Positions 28,401 to 42,483 of a stretch of DNA of 64,000 nucleotides are shown in pieces. The stretch is taken from positions 376,526,001 through 376,590,000 of the forward strand of contig OZ024742.1 of the NCBI GenBank assembly GCA_964016885.1. The letters are read 5' to 3'. Source of the DNA: Eledone cirrhosa (lineage: Eukaryota). The notes under the pieces were generated by a model that searched no databases, was not told the origin of the DNA, and saw only the letters and a list, made by a program, of their open reading frames with translations. The translations under genes were made by a program, and so were the position numbers. Each line of letters opens with the position of its first letter. Position 1 is the first letter of the stretch.

Positions 28401-31400
28401 CAGACAGAGTGTAATATAATAATACAGACAGATTGTAATATAATAATACAGAGTGTGTAATATAATAATACAGACAGAGTGTAATATAATAATACAGTCA
28501 GAGTGTAATATAATAATACAGACAGAGTGTAATATAATAATACAGATAGAGTGTAATATAATAATACAGACAGAGTGTAATATAATAATACAGAGAGTGT
28601 AATATAATATTGCAGACAGAGTGTAATATAATAATACAGACAGAGTGTAATATAATAATAGAGACAGAGTGTAATATAATAATACAGACAGAGTGTAATA
28701 TAATAATACAGACAGAGTGTAATATAATAATACAGACAGAGTGTAATATAATAATACAGATAGAGTGTAATATAATAATACAGACAGAGTAATATAATAA
28801 TACAGACAGAGTGTAATATAATAATACAGACAGAGTGTAATATAATAATACAGACAGAGTGTAATATAATAATACAGAGAGTGTAATATAATATTGCAGA
28901 CAGAGTGTAATATAATAATACAGACAGAGTGTAATATAATAATAGAGACAGAGTGTAATATAATAATACAGACAGAGTGTAATATAATAATACAGACAGA
29001 GTGTAATATAATAATACAGACAGAGTGTAATATAATAATACAGATAGAGTGTAATATAATAATACAGACAGAGTAATATAATAATACAGACAGAGTGTAA
29101 TATAATAATACAGACAGAGTGTAATATAATAATACAGAGAGTGTAATATAATAATACAGACAGAGTGTAATATAATAATACAGACAGAGTGTAATATAAT
29201 AATACAGATAGAGTGTAATATAATAATACAGACAGAGTGTAATATAATAATACAGATAGAGTGTAATATAATAATACAGACAGAGTGTAATATAATAATA
29301 CAGACAGAGTGTAATATAATAATACAGACAGAGTTTAATATAATAATACAGAGAGTGTAATATAATAATACAGAGAGTGTAATATAATAATACAGACAGA
29401 GTGTAATATATTAATACAGACAGAGTGTAATATAATAATACAGACAGAGTTTAATATAATAATACATAGAGTGTAATATAATAATACAGACAGACTGTAA
29501 TATAATAATACAGATAGAGTGTAATATAATAATACAGACAGAGTGTAATATAATAAGACAGACAACGTGTAATATAATAATACAGACAGAGTGTAATATA
29601 ATAATACAGACAGAGTGTAATATAATAATAGAGACAGAGTGTAATATAATAATACAGACAGAGTGTAATATATTAATACAGACAGAGTGTAATATAATAA
29701 TACAGAGAGTGTAATATAATAATACAGAGTGTGTAATATAATAATACAGACATATTGTAATATAATAATACATACAGAGTGTAATATAATAATACAGACA
29801 GAGTGTAATATAATAATACAGACAGGGTGTAATATAATAATACAGACAGAGTGTAATATAATAATGCAGACAGAGTGTAATATAATAATACAGACAGAGT
29901 GTAATATAACAATACAGACAGAGTGTAATATAACAATACAGACAGAGTGTAATATAATAATACAGACAGAGTGTAGTATAACAATACAGACAGAGTGTAA
30001 TATAATAATACAGACAGAGTGTAATATAATAATACAGAGAGTGTAATATAATATTACAGACAGAGTGTAATATAATAATACAGACAGAGTGTAATATAAT
30101 AATACAGAGAGTGTAATATAACAATACAGACAGAGTGTAATATAATAATACAGACAGAGTGTAATATAATAATACATAGAGAGTGTAATATAATAATACA
30201 GAGAGTGTAATATAATAATACAGACAGAGTGTAATATAATAATACAGACAGAGTGTAATATAACAATACAGACAGAGTGTAATATAACAATACAGACAGA
30301 GTGTAATATAACAATACAGACAGAGTGTAATATAATAATACAGACAGAGTGTAATATAATAATACAGACAGAGTGTAATATAACAATACAGACAGAGTGT
30401 AATATAATAATACAGAGAGTGTGATATAATAATACAGACAGAGTGTAATATAATAATACAGACAGAGTGTAATATAACAATACAGACGGAGTGTAATATA
30501 ATAATACAGACAGAGTGTAATATAACAATACAGACATAGTGTAATATAATAATACAGACAGAGTGTAATATAATAATACAGACAGAGTGTAATATAATAA
30601 TACAGGGAGTGTAATATAATAATACAGACAGAGTGTAATATAACAATACAGACAGAGTGTAATATAATAATACAGAGTGTAATATAACAATACAGACAGA
30701 GTGTAATATAATAATACAGACAGAGTGTAATATAATAATACAGACAGAGTGTAATATAATAATACAGAGAGTGTGTAATATAATAATACAGACAGAGTGT
30801 AATATAATAATACAGACAGAGTGTAATATAATAATACAGACAGAGTGTAAAATAATAATACAGACAGAGTGTAATATAACAATACAGACAGAGTGTAATA
30901 TAATAATACAGAGAGTGTGTAATATAATAATACAGACAGAGTGTAATATAACAATACAGACAGAGTGTAATATAACAATACAGAGAGTGTAATATAACAA
31001 TACAGAGAGTGTAATATAATAATACAGACAGAGTGTAATATAATAATACAGACAGAGTGTAATATAATAATACAGACAGAGTGTAATATAATAATACAGA
31101 CAGAGTGTAATATAATAATAGAGACAGAGTGTAATATAACAATACAGACAGAGTGTAATATAATAATACAGAGAGTGTAATATAACAATACAGACAGAGT
31201 GTAATATAATAATACAGACAGAGTGTAATATAACAATACAGACAGAGTGTAATATAATAATACAGACAGAGTGTAATATAATATTGCAGACAGAGTGTAA
31301 TATAATAATACAGACAGAGTGTAATATAATAATACAGACAGAGTGTAATATAATAATACAGACAGAGTGTAATATAATAATACAGAGAGTGTAATATAAT

Positions 31401-34400
31401 AATACAGACAGAGTGTAATATAATAATACAGACAGAGTGTAATATAATAATACAGATAGAGTGTAATATAATAATACAGACAGAGTGTAATATAATAATA
31501 CAGATAGAGTGTAATATAATAATACAGATAGAGTGTAATATAATAATACAGAGTGTGTAATATAATAATACAGACAGAGTGTAATATAATAATACAGTCA
31601 GAGTGTAATATAATAATACAGACAGAGTGTAATATAATAATACAGATAGAGTGTAATATAATAATACAGACAGAGTGTAATATAATAATAGAGACAGAGT
31701 GTAATATAATAATACAGACAGAGTGTAATATATTAATACAGACAGAGTGTAATATAATAATACAGAGAGTGTAATATAATAATACAGAGTGTGTAATATA
31801 ATAATACAGACATATTGTAATATAATAATACATACAGAGTGTAATATAATAATACAGACAGAGTGTAATATAATAATACAGACAGGGTGTAATATAATAA
31901 TACAGACAGAGTGTAATATAATAATACAGACAGAGTGTAATATAATAATACAGACAGAGTGTAATATAACAATACAGACAGAGTGTAATATAACAATACA
32001 GACAGAGTGTAATATAATAATACAGACAGAGTGTAGTATAACAATACAGACAGAGTGTAATATAATAATACAGACAGAGTGTAATATAATAATACAGACA
32101 GAGTGTAATATAATAATACAGAGAGTGTAATATAATATTACAGACAGAGTGTAATATAATAATACAGACAGAGTGTAATATAATAATACAGAGAGTGTAA
32201 TATAATATTACAGACAGAGTGTAATATAATAATACAGACAGAGTGTAATATAATAATACAGAGAGTGTAATATAATATTACAGACAGAGTGTAATATAAT
32301 AATACAGACAGAGTGTAATATAATAATACAGACAGAGTGTAATATAATAATACAGACAGAGTGTAATATAATAATACAGAGAGTGTAATATAATAATACA
32401 GACAGAGTGTAATATAATAATACAGACAGAGTGTAATATAATAATACAGATAGAGTGTAATATAATAATACAGACAGAGTGTAATATAATAATACAGATA
32501 GAGTGTAATATAATAATACAGACAGAGTGTAATATAATAATACAGACAGAGTGTAATATAATAATACAGACAGAGTGTAATATAATAATACAGAGAGTGT
32601 GTAATATAATAATACAGAGTGTGTAATATAATAATACAGACAGAGTGTAATATAATAATACAGAGAGTGTAATATAACAATACAGACAGAGTGTAATATA
32701 ATAATACAGACAGAGTGTAATATAATAATACATAGAGAGTGTAATATAATAATACAGAGAGTGTAATATAATAATACAGACAGAGTGTAATATAATAATA
32801 CAGACAGATTGTAATATAATAATACAGAGTGTGTAATATAATAATACAGACAGAGTGTAATATAATAATACAGTCAGAGTGTAATATAATAATACAGACA
32901 GAGTGTAATATAATAATACAGATAGAGTGTAATATAATAATACAGACAGAGTGTAATATAATAATACAGAGAGTGTAATATAATATTGCAGACAGAGTGT
33001 AATATAATAATACAGACAGAGTGTAATATAATAATACAGACAGAGTGTAATATAATAATACAGACAGAGTGTAATATAATAATACAGATAGAGTGTAATA
33101 TAATAATACAGACAGAGTGTAATATAATAATACAGAGAGTGTAATATAATAATACAGACAGAGTGTAATATAATAATACAGACAGAGTGTAATATAATAA
33201 TACAGAGAGTGTAATATAATAATACAGACAGAGTGTAATATAATAATACAGACAGAGTGTAATATAATAATACAGATAGAGTGTAATATAATAATACAGA
33301 CAGAGTGTAATATAATAATACAGATAGAGTGTAATATAATAATACAGACAGAGTGTAATATAATAATACAGAAAGAGTGTAATATAATAATACAGACAGA
33401 GTTTAATATAATAATACAGAGAGTGTAATATAATAATACAGAGAGTGTAATATAATAATACAGACAGAGTGTAATATATTAATACAGACAGAGTGTAATA
33501 TAATAATACAGACAGAGTTTAATATAATAATACATAGAGTGTAATATAATAATACAGACAGACTGTAATATAATAATACAGATAGAGTGTAATATAATAA
33601 TACAGACAGAGTGTAATATAATAAGACAGACAACGTGTAATATAATAATACAGACAGAGTGTAATATAATAATACAGACAGAGTGTAATATAATAATAGA
33701 GACAGAGTGTAATATAATAATACAGACAGAGTGTAATATATTAATACAGACAGAGTGTAATATAATAATACAGAGAGTGTAATATAATAATACAGAGTGT
33801 GTAATATAATAATACATACAGAGTGTAATATAATAATACAGACAGAGTGTAATATAATAATACAGACAGGGTGTAATATAATAATACAGACAGAGTGTAA
33901 TATAATAATGCAGACAGAGTGTAATATAATAATACAGACAGAGTGTAATATAACAATACAGACAGAGTGTAATATAACAATACAGACAGAGTGTAATATA
34001 ATAATACAGACAGAGTGTAGTATAACAATACAGACAGAGTGTAATATAATAATACAGACAGAGTGTAATATAATAATACAGAGAGTGTAATATAATATTA
34101 CAGACAGAGTGTAATATAATAATACAGACAGAGTGTAATATAATAATACAGAGAGTGTAATATAACAATACAGACAGAGTGTAATATAATAATACAGACA
34201 GAGTGTAATATAATAATACATAGAGAGTGTAATATAATAATACAGAGAGTGTAATATAATAATACAGACAGAGTGTAATATAATAATACAGACAGAGTGT
34301 AATATAACAATACAGACAGAGTGTAATATAACAATACAGACAGAGTGTAATATAACAATACAGACAGAGTGTAATATAATAATACAGACAGAGTGTAATA

Positions 34401-37281
34401 TAATAATACAGACAGAGTGTAATATAACAATACAGACAGAGTGTAATATAATAATACAGAGAGTGTGATATAATAATACAGACAGAGTGTAATATAATAA
34501 TACAGACAGAGTGTAATATAACAATACAGAGAGTGTAATATAATAATACAGACAGAGTGTAATATAACAATACAGACGGAGTGTAATATAATAATACAGA
34601 GAGTGTAATATAACAATACAGACAGAGTGTAATATAATAATACAGACAGAGTGTAATATAACAATACAGACAGAGTGTAATATAATAATACAGACAGAGT
34701 GTAATATAATAATACAGACAGAGTGTAATATAATAATACAGGGAGTGTAATATAATAATACAGACAGAGTGTAATATAACAATACAGACAGAGTGTAATA
34801 TAATAATACAGAGTGTAATATAACAATACAGACAGAGTGTAATATAATAATACAGACAGAGTGTAATATAATAATACAGACAGAGTGTAATATAATAATA
34901 CAGAGAGTGTGTAATATAATAATACAGACAGAGTGTAATATAATAATACAGACAGAGTGTAATATAATAATACAGACAGAGTGTAAAATAATAATACAGA
35001 CAGAGTGTAATATAACAATACAGACAGAGTGTAATATAATAATACAGAGAGTGTGTAATATAATAATACAGACAGAGTGTAATATAACAATACAGACAGA
35101 GTGTAATATAACAATACAGAGAGTGTAATATAACAATACAGAGAGTGTAATATAATAATACAGACAGAGTGTAATATAATAATACAGACAGAGTGTAATA
35201 TAATAATACAGACAGAGTGTAATATAATAATAGAGACAGAGTGTAATATAATAATAGAGACAGAGTGTAATATAACAATACAGACAGAGTGTAATATAAT
35301 AATACAGAGAGTGTAATATAACAATACAGACAGAGTGTAATATAATAATACAGACAGAGTGTAATATAACAATACAGACAGAGTGTAATATAATAATACA
35401 GACAGAGTGTAATATAATAATACAGACAGAGTGTAATATAATAATACAGAGAGTGTAATATAATAATACAGACAGAGTGTAATATAATAATACAGAGTGT
35501 AATATAACAATACAGACAGAGTGTAATATAATAATACAGACAGAGTGTAATATAATAATACAGACAGAGTGTAATATAACAATACAGACGGAGTGTAATA
35601 TAATAATACAGAGAGTGTGTAATATAATAATACAGACAGAGTGTAATATAATAATACAGACAGAGTGTAATATAATAATACAGACAGAGTGTAATATAAT
35701 AATACAGACAGAGTGTAATATAATAATACAGACAGAGTGTAATATAACAATACAGACAGAGTGTAATATAATAATACAGAGAGTGTGTAATATAATAATA
35801 CAGACAGAGTGTAATATAATAATACAGACAGAGTGTAATATAACAATACAGACAGAGTGTAATATAACAATACAGAGAGTGTAATATAATAATACAGACA
35901 GAGTGTAATATAATAATACAGACAGAGTGTAATATAATAATACAGACAGAGTGTAATATAATAATGCAGAGAGTGTAATATAATAATACAGAGAGTGTAA
36001 TATATTAATACAGACAGAGTGTAATATAATCATACAGACAGAGTGTAATATATTAATACAGACAGAGTGCAATATATTAATACAGACAGAGTGTAATATA
36101 ATAATACAGAGAGTCTAATATAATAATACAGACAGAGTGTAATATAATAATACAGACAGAGTGTAATATAATAATACAGAGAGTCTAATATAATAATACA
36201 GACAGAGTGTAATATAATAATACAGACAGAGTGTAATATATTAATACAGACAGAGTGTAATATAACAATACAGAGAGTCTAATATAATAATACAGACAGA
36301 GTGTAATATAATAATACAGACAGAGTGTAATATATTAATACAGACAGAGTGTAATATAACAATACAGAGAGTGTAATATAATAATACAGAGTGTGTAATA
36401 TAATAATACAGACAGATTGTAATATAATAATACAGACAGAGTGTAATATAATAATACAGACAGAGTGTAATATAATAATACAGTGAGAGTGTAATATAAT
36501 AATACAGACAGAGTGTAATATAATAATACAGACAGAGTGTAATATAACAATACAGACAGAGTGTAATATAATAATACAGACAGAGTGTAATATAACAATA
36601 CAGACAGAGTGTAATATAATAATACAGACAGAGTGTAATATAATAATACAGACAGAGTGTAATATAATAATACAGACAGGGTGTAATATAATAATACAGA
36701 GAGTGTAATATAATAATACAGACAGAGTGTAATATATTAATACAGACAGAGTGTAATATAATAATACAGAGAGTGTAATATAATAATACAGACAGAGTGT
36801 AATATAATAATACAGACAGTGTAATATAATAATACAGACAGAGTGTAATATAACAATACAGACAGAGTGTAATATAATAATACAGACAGAGTGTAATATA
36901 ATAATACAGAGAGTGTAATATAATAATACAGACAGAGTGTAATATATTAATACAGACAGAGTGTAATATATTAATACAGACAGAGTGTAATATAATAATA
37001 CAGACAGAGTGTAATATAATAATACAGAGAGTGTGTAATATAATAATACAGAGTGTGTAATATAATAATACAGAGAGTGTAATATAATAATACAGACAGA
37101 GTGTAATATAATAATACAGACAGAGTGTAATATAATAATAGAGACAGAGTGTAATATAATAATACAGACAGAGTGTAATATATTAATACAGACAGAGTGT
37201 AATATAATAATACAGACAGAGTGTAATATAATAATACAGAGAGTGTAATATATTAATACAGACAGAGTGTAATATCATAAT
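16451..37281. repeat. 24-bp satellite, variant domain B with nested multi-kb duplications
   Basis: A different marker set (GACATATTGT, GACAACGTGT, GTGTAGTATAAC, AATATTGCAG, frequent AACAAT and GATAG). Repeated blocks at offsets of ~8.6 kb (16825/25473), 4376 bp (27457/31833) and 10.7 kb (25635/36335). Confidence 0.88.
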
Positions 37282-37413
37282 TGTTTCTATTTTAGGCACA
37301 AGGCCAGCAATTACCCAGTGTATTACTGGTACTTTATTTTATCGACCCCGTAAGGATGAAAGGCAAAGTTAACCTCGGCGGGATTTGAACTCAGATCGTA
37401 AAGGGACGTAACT
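37282..37413 (-). mobile_element. tRNA-derived SINE, 5'-truncated (B box kept, A box lost)
   Basis: Matches the 3' ~130 nt of the 61451-61635 element. B box GAGTTCAAATCC at 37381-37392. Flanked by GAGTGTAATAT(C/A)ATAAT on both sides, a candidate 11-17 bp TSD. Confidence 0.88.
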
Positions 37414-39047
37414 GAGTGTAATATAATAATACAGAGAGTGTAATATAATAATACAGAGTGTGTAATATAATAATACAGACAGAGTGTAATATAATAATAC
37501 AGACAGATTGTAATATAATAATACAGACAGAGTGTAATATAATAATACAGACAGAGTGTAATATATTAATACAGACAGAGTGTAATATAATAATACAGAC
37601 AGAGTGTAATATATTAATACAGACAGAGTGTAATATAATAATACAGACAGAGTGTAATATATTAATACAGACAGAGTGTAATATAATAATACAGACAGAG
37701 TGTAATATAATAATACAGACAGGGTGTAATATAATAATACAGACAGAGTGTAATATAATGATACAGACAGAGTGTAATATAACAATACAGACATATTGTA
37801 ATATAATAATACAGACAGAGTGTAATATAATAATACAGACAGAGTGTAATATAACAATACAGACAGAGTGTAACATAATAATACAGACAGGGTGTAATAT
37901 ATTAATACAGACAGAGTGTAATATAATAATACAGAGAGTGTAATATAATAATACAGACAGAGTGTAATATAATAATACAGACAGAGTGTAATATAACAAT
38001 ACAGACAGAGTGTAATATAATAATACAGACAGAGTGTAATATAACAATACAGACAGAGTGTAATATAATAATACAGACAGGGTGTAATATATTAATACAG
38101 ACAGAGTGTAATATAATAATACAGAGAGTGTGATATAATAATACAGACAGAGTGTAATATATTAATACAGACAGAGTGTAATATAATAATACAGACAGAG
38201 TGTAGTATATTAATACAGACAGAGTGTAATATAATAATACAGACAGTGTGTAATATAATAATACAGACAGAGTGTAATATAATAATACAGAGAGTGTGTA
38301 ATATAATAATACAGACAGAGTGTAATATATTGATACAGACAGAGTGTAATATATTAATACAGACAGAGTGTAATATAATAATACAGACAGAGTGTAATAT
38401 AACAATACAGACAGAGTGTAATATAATAATACAGACAGAGTGTAATATAATAATACAGATAGAGTGTAATATAATAATACAGACAGAGTGTAATATAATA
38501 ATACAGACAGAGTGTAATATAATAATACAGAGAGTGTGTAATATAATAATACAGACAGAGTGTAATATAATAATACAGACAGAGTGTAATATATTGATAC
38601 AGACAGAGTGTAATATATTAATACAGACAGAGTGTAATATAATAATACAGACAGAGTGTAATATAATAATACATACAGAGTGTAATATAATAATACAGAG
38701 AGTGTGTAATATAATAATACAGAGAGTGTAATATAATAATACAGACAGAGTGTAATATAATAATACAGACAGAGTGTAATATAATAATACAGACAGAGTG
38801 TAATATAATAATACAGACAGAGCGTAATATAATAATACAGAGAGAGAGTAATATAATAATACAGACAGAGTGTAATATAATAATACAGACAGAGTGTAAT
38901 ATAATAATACAGACAGAGTGTAATATAATAATACAGACAGAGTGTAATATAACAATACAGACAGAGTGTAATATAATAATACAGACAGAGTGTAATATAA
39001 TAATACAGATAGAGTGTAATATAATAATACAGACAGAGTGTAATATA
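37414..39047. repeat. 24-bp satellite
   Basis: Tandem monomers; the last ~410 bp match positions 1-411. Confidence 0.97.
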
Positions 39048-42000
39048 TATTTCTTTATTAGCCACAGGGGCACAAAAGAAGGGGACAAATACAAAGGGGG
39101 AAGTTTACATACAATAAAAACGTGTAAAATGTTATCACAGATGGAATTTAAAAGTTAGTCGATTTTCCCCAATAGAGGGAGACAGTTTATATGGGTAACA
39201 CAGACCCCCGAAAAAAATGTGCAACCCTCATCTCCAGGAGTACGAAGAGCTTGTACTCCTTTCCTCTCCTCCTCCTTTTCCTCAACCTACAGGCTGATAT
39301 AGAGAGAAGGCCCATTCACTCGGGCCATTCTCGCCACTTTTACCCACCTTTCATAAAACTTGCTGGGGTACAGCACCTCTCTCTCCATCCTGATTCTTCT
39401 TCCAAAGTGGTATTTGAAAAAAAGAATCAGTTGTTGGCCGGAGAGAAAGGTGTCTGACCTCAGCCCTTTCAACCTTGTCCACCATACAACCTCTTTCGCC
39501 ATAGCTATCACACAAAGGAAAACCGCCTCTCCTTCGTTTTTGAAGGAGGGTGGCGGTTTGATCATGACAATGGACTCGGTGGTTAACTGGATTGGTCCCA
39601 CCCGCGACAATAGTCGTTCTACATAGCCCCACAGGTCAGTGACGCCCGGGCAGTGTATGAATGCGTGCGCGACGGTTTCTTCGTCTCGCACGCACCTCGG
39701 ACAAATCTTTTTTGCAGGGTCCCTGCCCGGGCGCCCATGTCTGTAGAGCTTGTCTCGAACTGGTAGAGCTCCTCGGTAGCACTGCCAGGCCAGGGACTTT
39801 TGGAAGTTGTCCATCGGTCCCGGGCGGAAGGTCCTACCGAACAGACTGGCCAGTTCATCTTCCTCCACGCCTAGAGTTTCACCGAGCGCGTCGTCGCACT
39901 TGCTGCGGATCAACCCTCTATAGAATGACGAAGTGGAGTCTCCACTGATCGCTGGGTCCGCCTGCCAGAGGGCTGTGAGCGCCTGAGCACATTCGATGTG
40001 CCAGTCGCCCATTTTCCTCGGTCTCTGCTTGACCCAGGACTGCAGCTCGGTCAGCGAGACGAGTCGTGGGAAGGCTCACCTCACGAACGGGGCCCACACC
40101 GGTTGTCCGGTGAGGAATACGTAGAGATGCCGCAGCCTGAGCGCGTGTTTGCGCATCGTCAACCACGGCATCCCCAGCCCTCCGTTAGAAGGGTGTTGGC
40201 AGCAGATGGATCTTCTTACCAAAGGAGCCCGCCTCTTCCAAAGGAATCGGAAGAGAGCGCGCTCCATTTTGGCGAGCGTTTTGGCTGGACAAGGCACGAC
40301 GGTCAAGCGGTAGTAGATGGCGGACGCTATAAAAGTGTTCGCCACCTCCGCTCGACCTTTCAAGGATAGTTTGCACTCGGCCCACTTCTGGGTGAGTGCA
40401 AACACCTTGGCCGTCACTTCGTTCCAGTTCTTCTCCACCTGGAGGTCCGGACCAAACCAGACCCCGAGCAGCTTTACCGGTCCTTCCGTCCAGCGTCCGA
40501 CGACGCCATCGGAAGGCATCGGTCTGCCTCTCCACGATCCGAGTTGCAAACCGATGGACTTGTCCCGGTTCAGCTTCGCTCCTGTGAGACTTTCGTATTC
40601 CTTTAGTAAGGTGCCGACTTCCTCGATTTGCGAGGCGCTCGACACCATTACTGTAACGTCGTCGGCGTAGGCCGACGCCGTTTTCCGCAGTCCCGGTTCC
40701 AGAGGGATGCCCTGCAATAGCTCCAGCTTCCGCAGTAGTGGCTCGAGAGTCAGTACGTACAGAAGGGAGGAGAGAGGGCATCCCTGTCGAATGGATCGCG
40801 TAATATGGAACGGCTCCGAGAGGTAACCGTTCACCTTGACCCTTGAGCAGATGTTGCTGTTGTGCATTGCAGCAATCCAGCCCCTGAACACGGGTCCGAA
40901 GCCTGCCGCCTCGAGCACCGCATCCAGGTAACGATGGTCAACCCTATCGAAAGCCTTAGACTGATCCAAGTTGATCAGGGCCCCACCGAAGCCGGGTTTA
41001 CACCCTACCCTCTCTATGATGTATCGCATGAGGTGGAGGTTGTCGTGTATGGACCTGGTCGGGATCGCGCATGTCTGCGCTTCTCCCACCAGGTTCTCGA
41101 CGACAAGCGCCAGCCTCTTTGCCAACACCTTGGCCAAAATCTGTAACTCTGTGTTTAGCAGAGTTATGGGCCGGAAGTTGCCTATGTCATCCCCCTTATT
41201 CTCGTCCTTCCTGATTAGTGTGACCACGCCCCCGGTTACAGAACTGGGAATTCTCCCGTTCTGTTGCCAGTTGCAGTAGACTGCTTCCAGGAGACCGGAG
41301 AATAAGTCCGGCATTGCTACGTAAAATTCGTAGGGTAGACCGTCGAGACCTGGAGATTTGCGTTTGCCGCATTGGCTCAGCGCGTCCCCTATCTCAGTGG
41401 CTGAAATCGGCTTTTCGCAGAACTTCGCCTCACTGTCCGAGAGTCGCGGTAGGCCGTCGAGGTATGGACCGAAATCCATAGCCTCTCCCGGCGCGCCGCT
41501 CCCCCCGAACAGCCGAGCAAAGTGCCGCTGAAAAGCCGCACACATCTGCTTCGGCTCACGTATCACGCGTCCGTTTTGGTCCTTCAAAGACCGAATCGTG
41601 GACTTGTTGCCACTTTTTGCCTCCGTCACTCGGGCCCAGCTAACAGCTTTGGCTCCCTCGTTTCCCAGAGCACGTATTTTGCTTCTGACAACGCAGCCCT
41701 CGTGCTTTGCGTCGACGAACTGGTCCAAGGCCGTTCTCGTTGCTAGCACGCTGGCTACGTTGCCACTTCTACTTTATCTACCAGTTCCTTCTCGGTTCTA
41801 TTTCTATCTAACGCTAATTCTTTACTAAAAACTATCGAGTCTAATCTAACTGCCCTCTTGAGAGAGTACCACCATCTGTTGTTGACAATGGCCCCTGTCA
41901 AGTGCTGTTTAACTAAAGTGCTAATCCGTCTACTGTAGGCTTTGCTTGTCGGTAGCGACAAGTTCAGCTTCCAGTAGCCGGGTCCTTGTCTATGGGTTCT

Positions 42001-42483
42001 ATCAAGGTTGGCCATGCAGGTCACTAGTTTGTGATCTGAATAGGCAACCATGAACATTTGTGGACAGCTTAACATGTCCCTATCCTTATTTCTAACTAGA
42101 ACCCTATCTAGGTACGATCTAGATGTTCCGCTACGATTACTCCACGTCCACATTGGCGCAGTCGGAAAATCTAGTCGATATCTATCGGCCAGGTCAAATC
42201 GGCCGATTAACTGTTTGAGTCTGTTACACCCCCCTTTGTCGGGACATGCTCCCACATAGTCCCAACGTGCATCTAGGATTCCATTCCAGTCCCCCACTAA
42301 AAGCAAGGAGCGGGACGTTCCCAGAAAAGTCTCTAGACGTTTGAAGAAGTCTGGCCGCGGTGTCCCGGATGGGGCATATGCGGCCACCAGCCTGAAGGCT
42401 CCACCTTCACTATCGTGAACCTCTAGGACCACCAGTCAACCCTCCGGGTCCAGATGTACCGTCTGTGTTACGAAGCCCAGGTG
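39048..42483 (-). mobile_element. 5'-truncated L1/Tx1-like retrotransposon, copy 2
   Basis: Same ends and same three lesions as copy 1 at a constant offset of 38,636. One substitution was seen (G3584 vs T42220, GCNSLK to GCNRLK). Confidence 0.93.
39287..42483 (-). pseudogene. Disrupted LINE ORF2 (EN-RT-CCHC), copy 2
   Basis: ORFs 41755-42432, 40076-41749 and 39287-40012 translate identically to copy 1 except one S>R. Stops at 42436-42438 and 40076-40078, frameshift near 41760-41775. Confidence 0.93.

Noticed and set aside
3848-37281. CRISPR-like array
   Set aside because: Repeats are directly adjacent with no unique spacers, there are no cas genes, and the context is eukaryotic LINE/SINE.
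39048-42483. Second LINE as an independent site-specific insertion
   Set aside because: Identical truncation point, lesions and flanking variant order show duplication of a single insertion.
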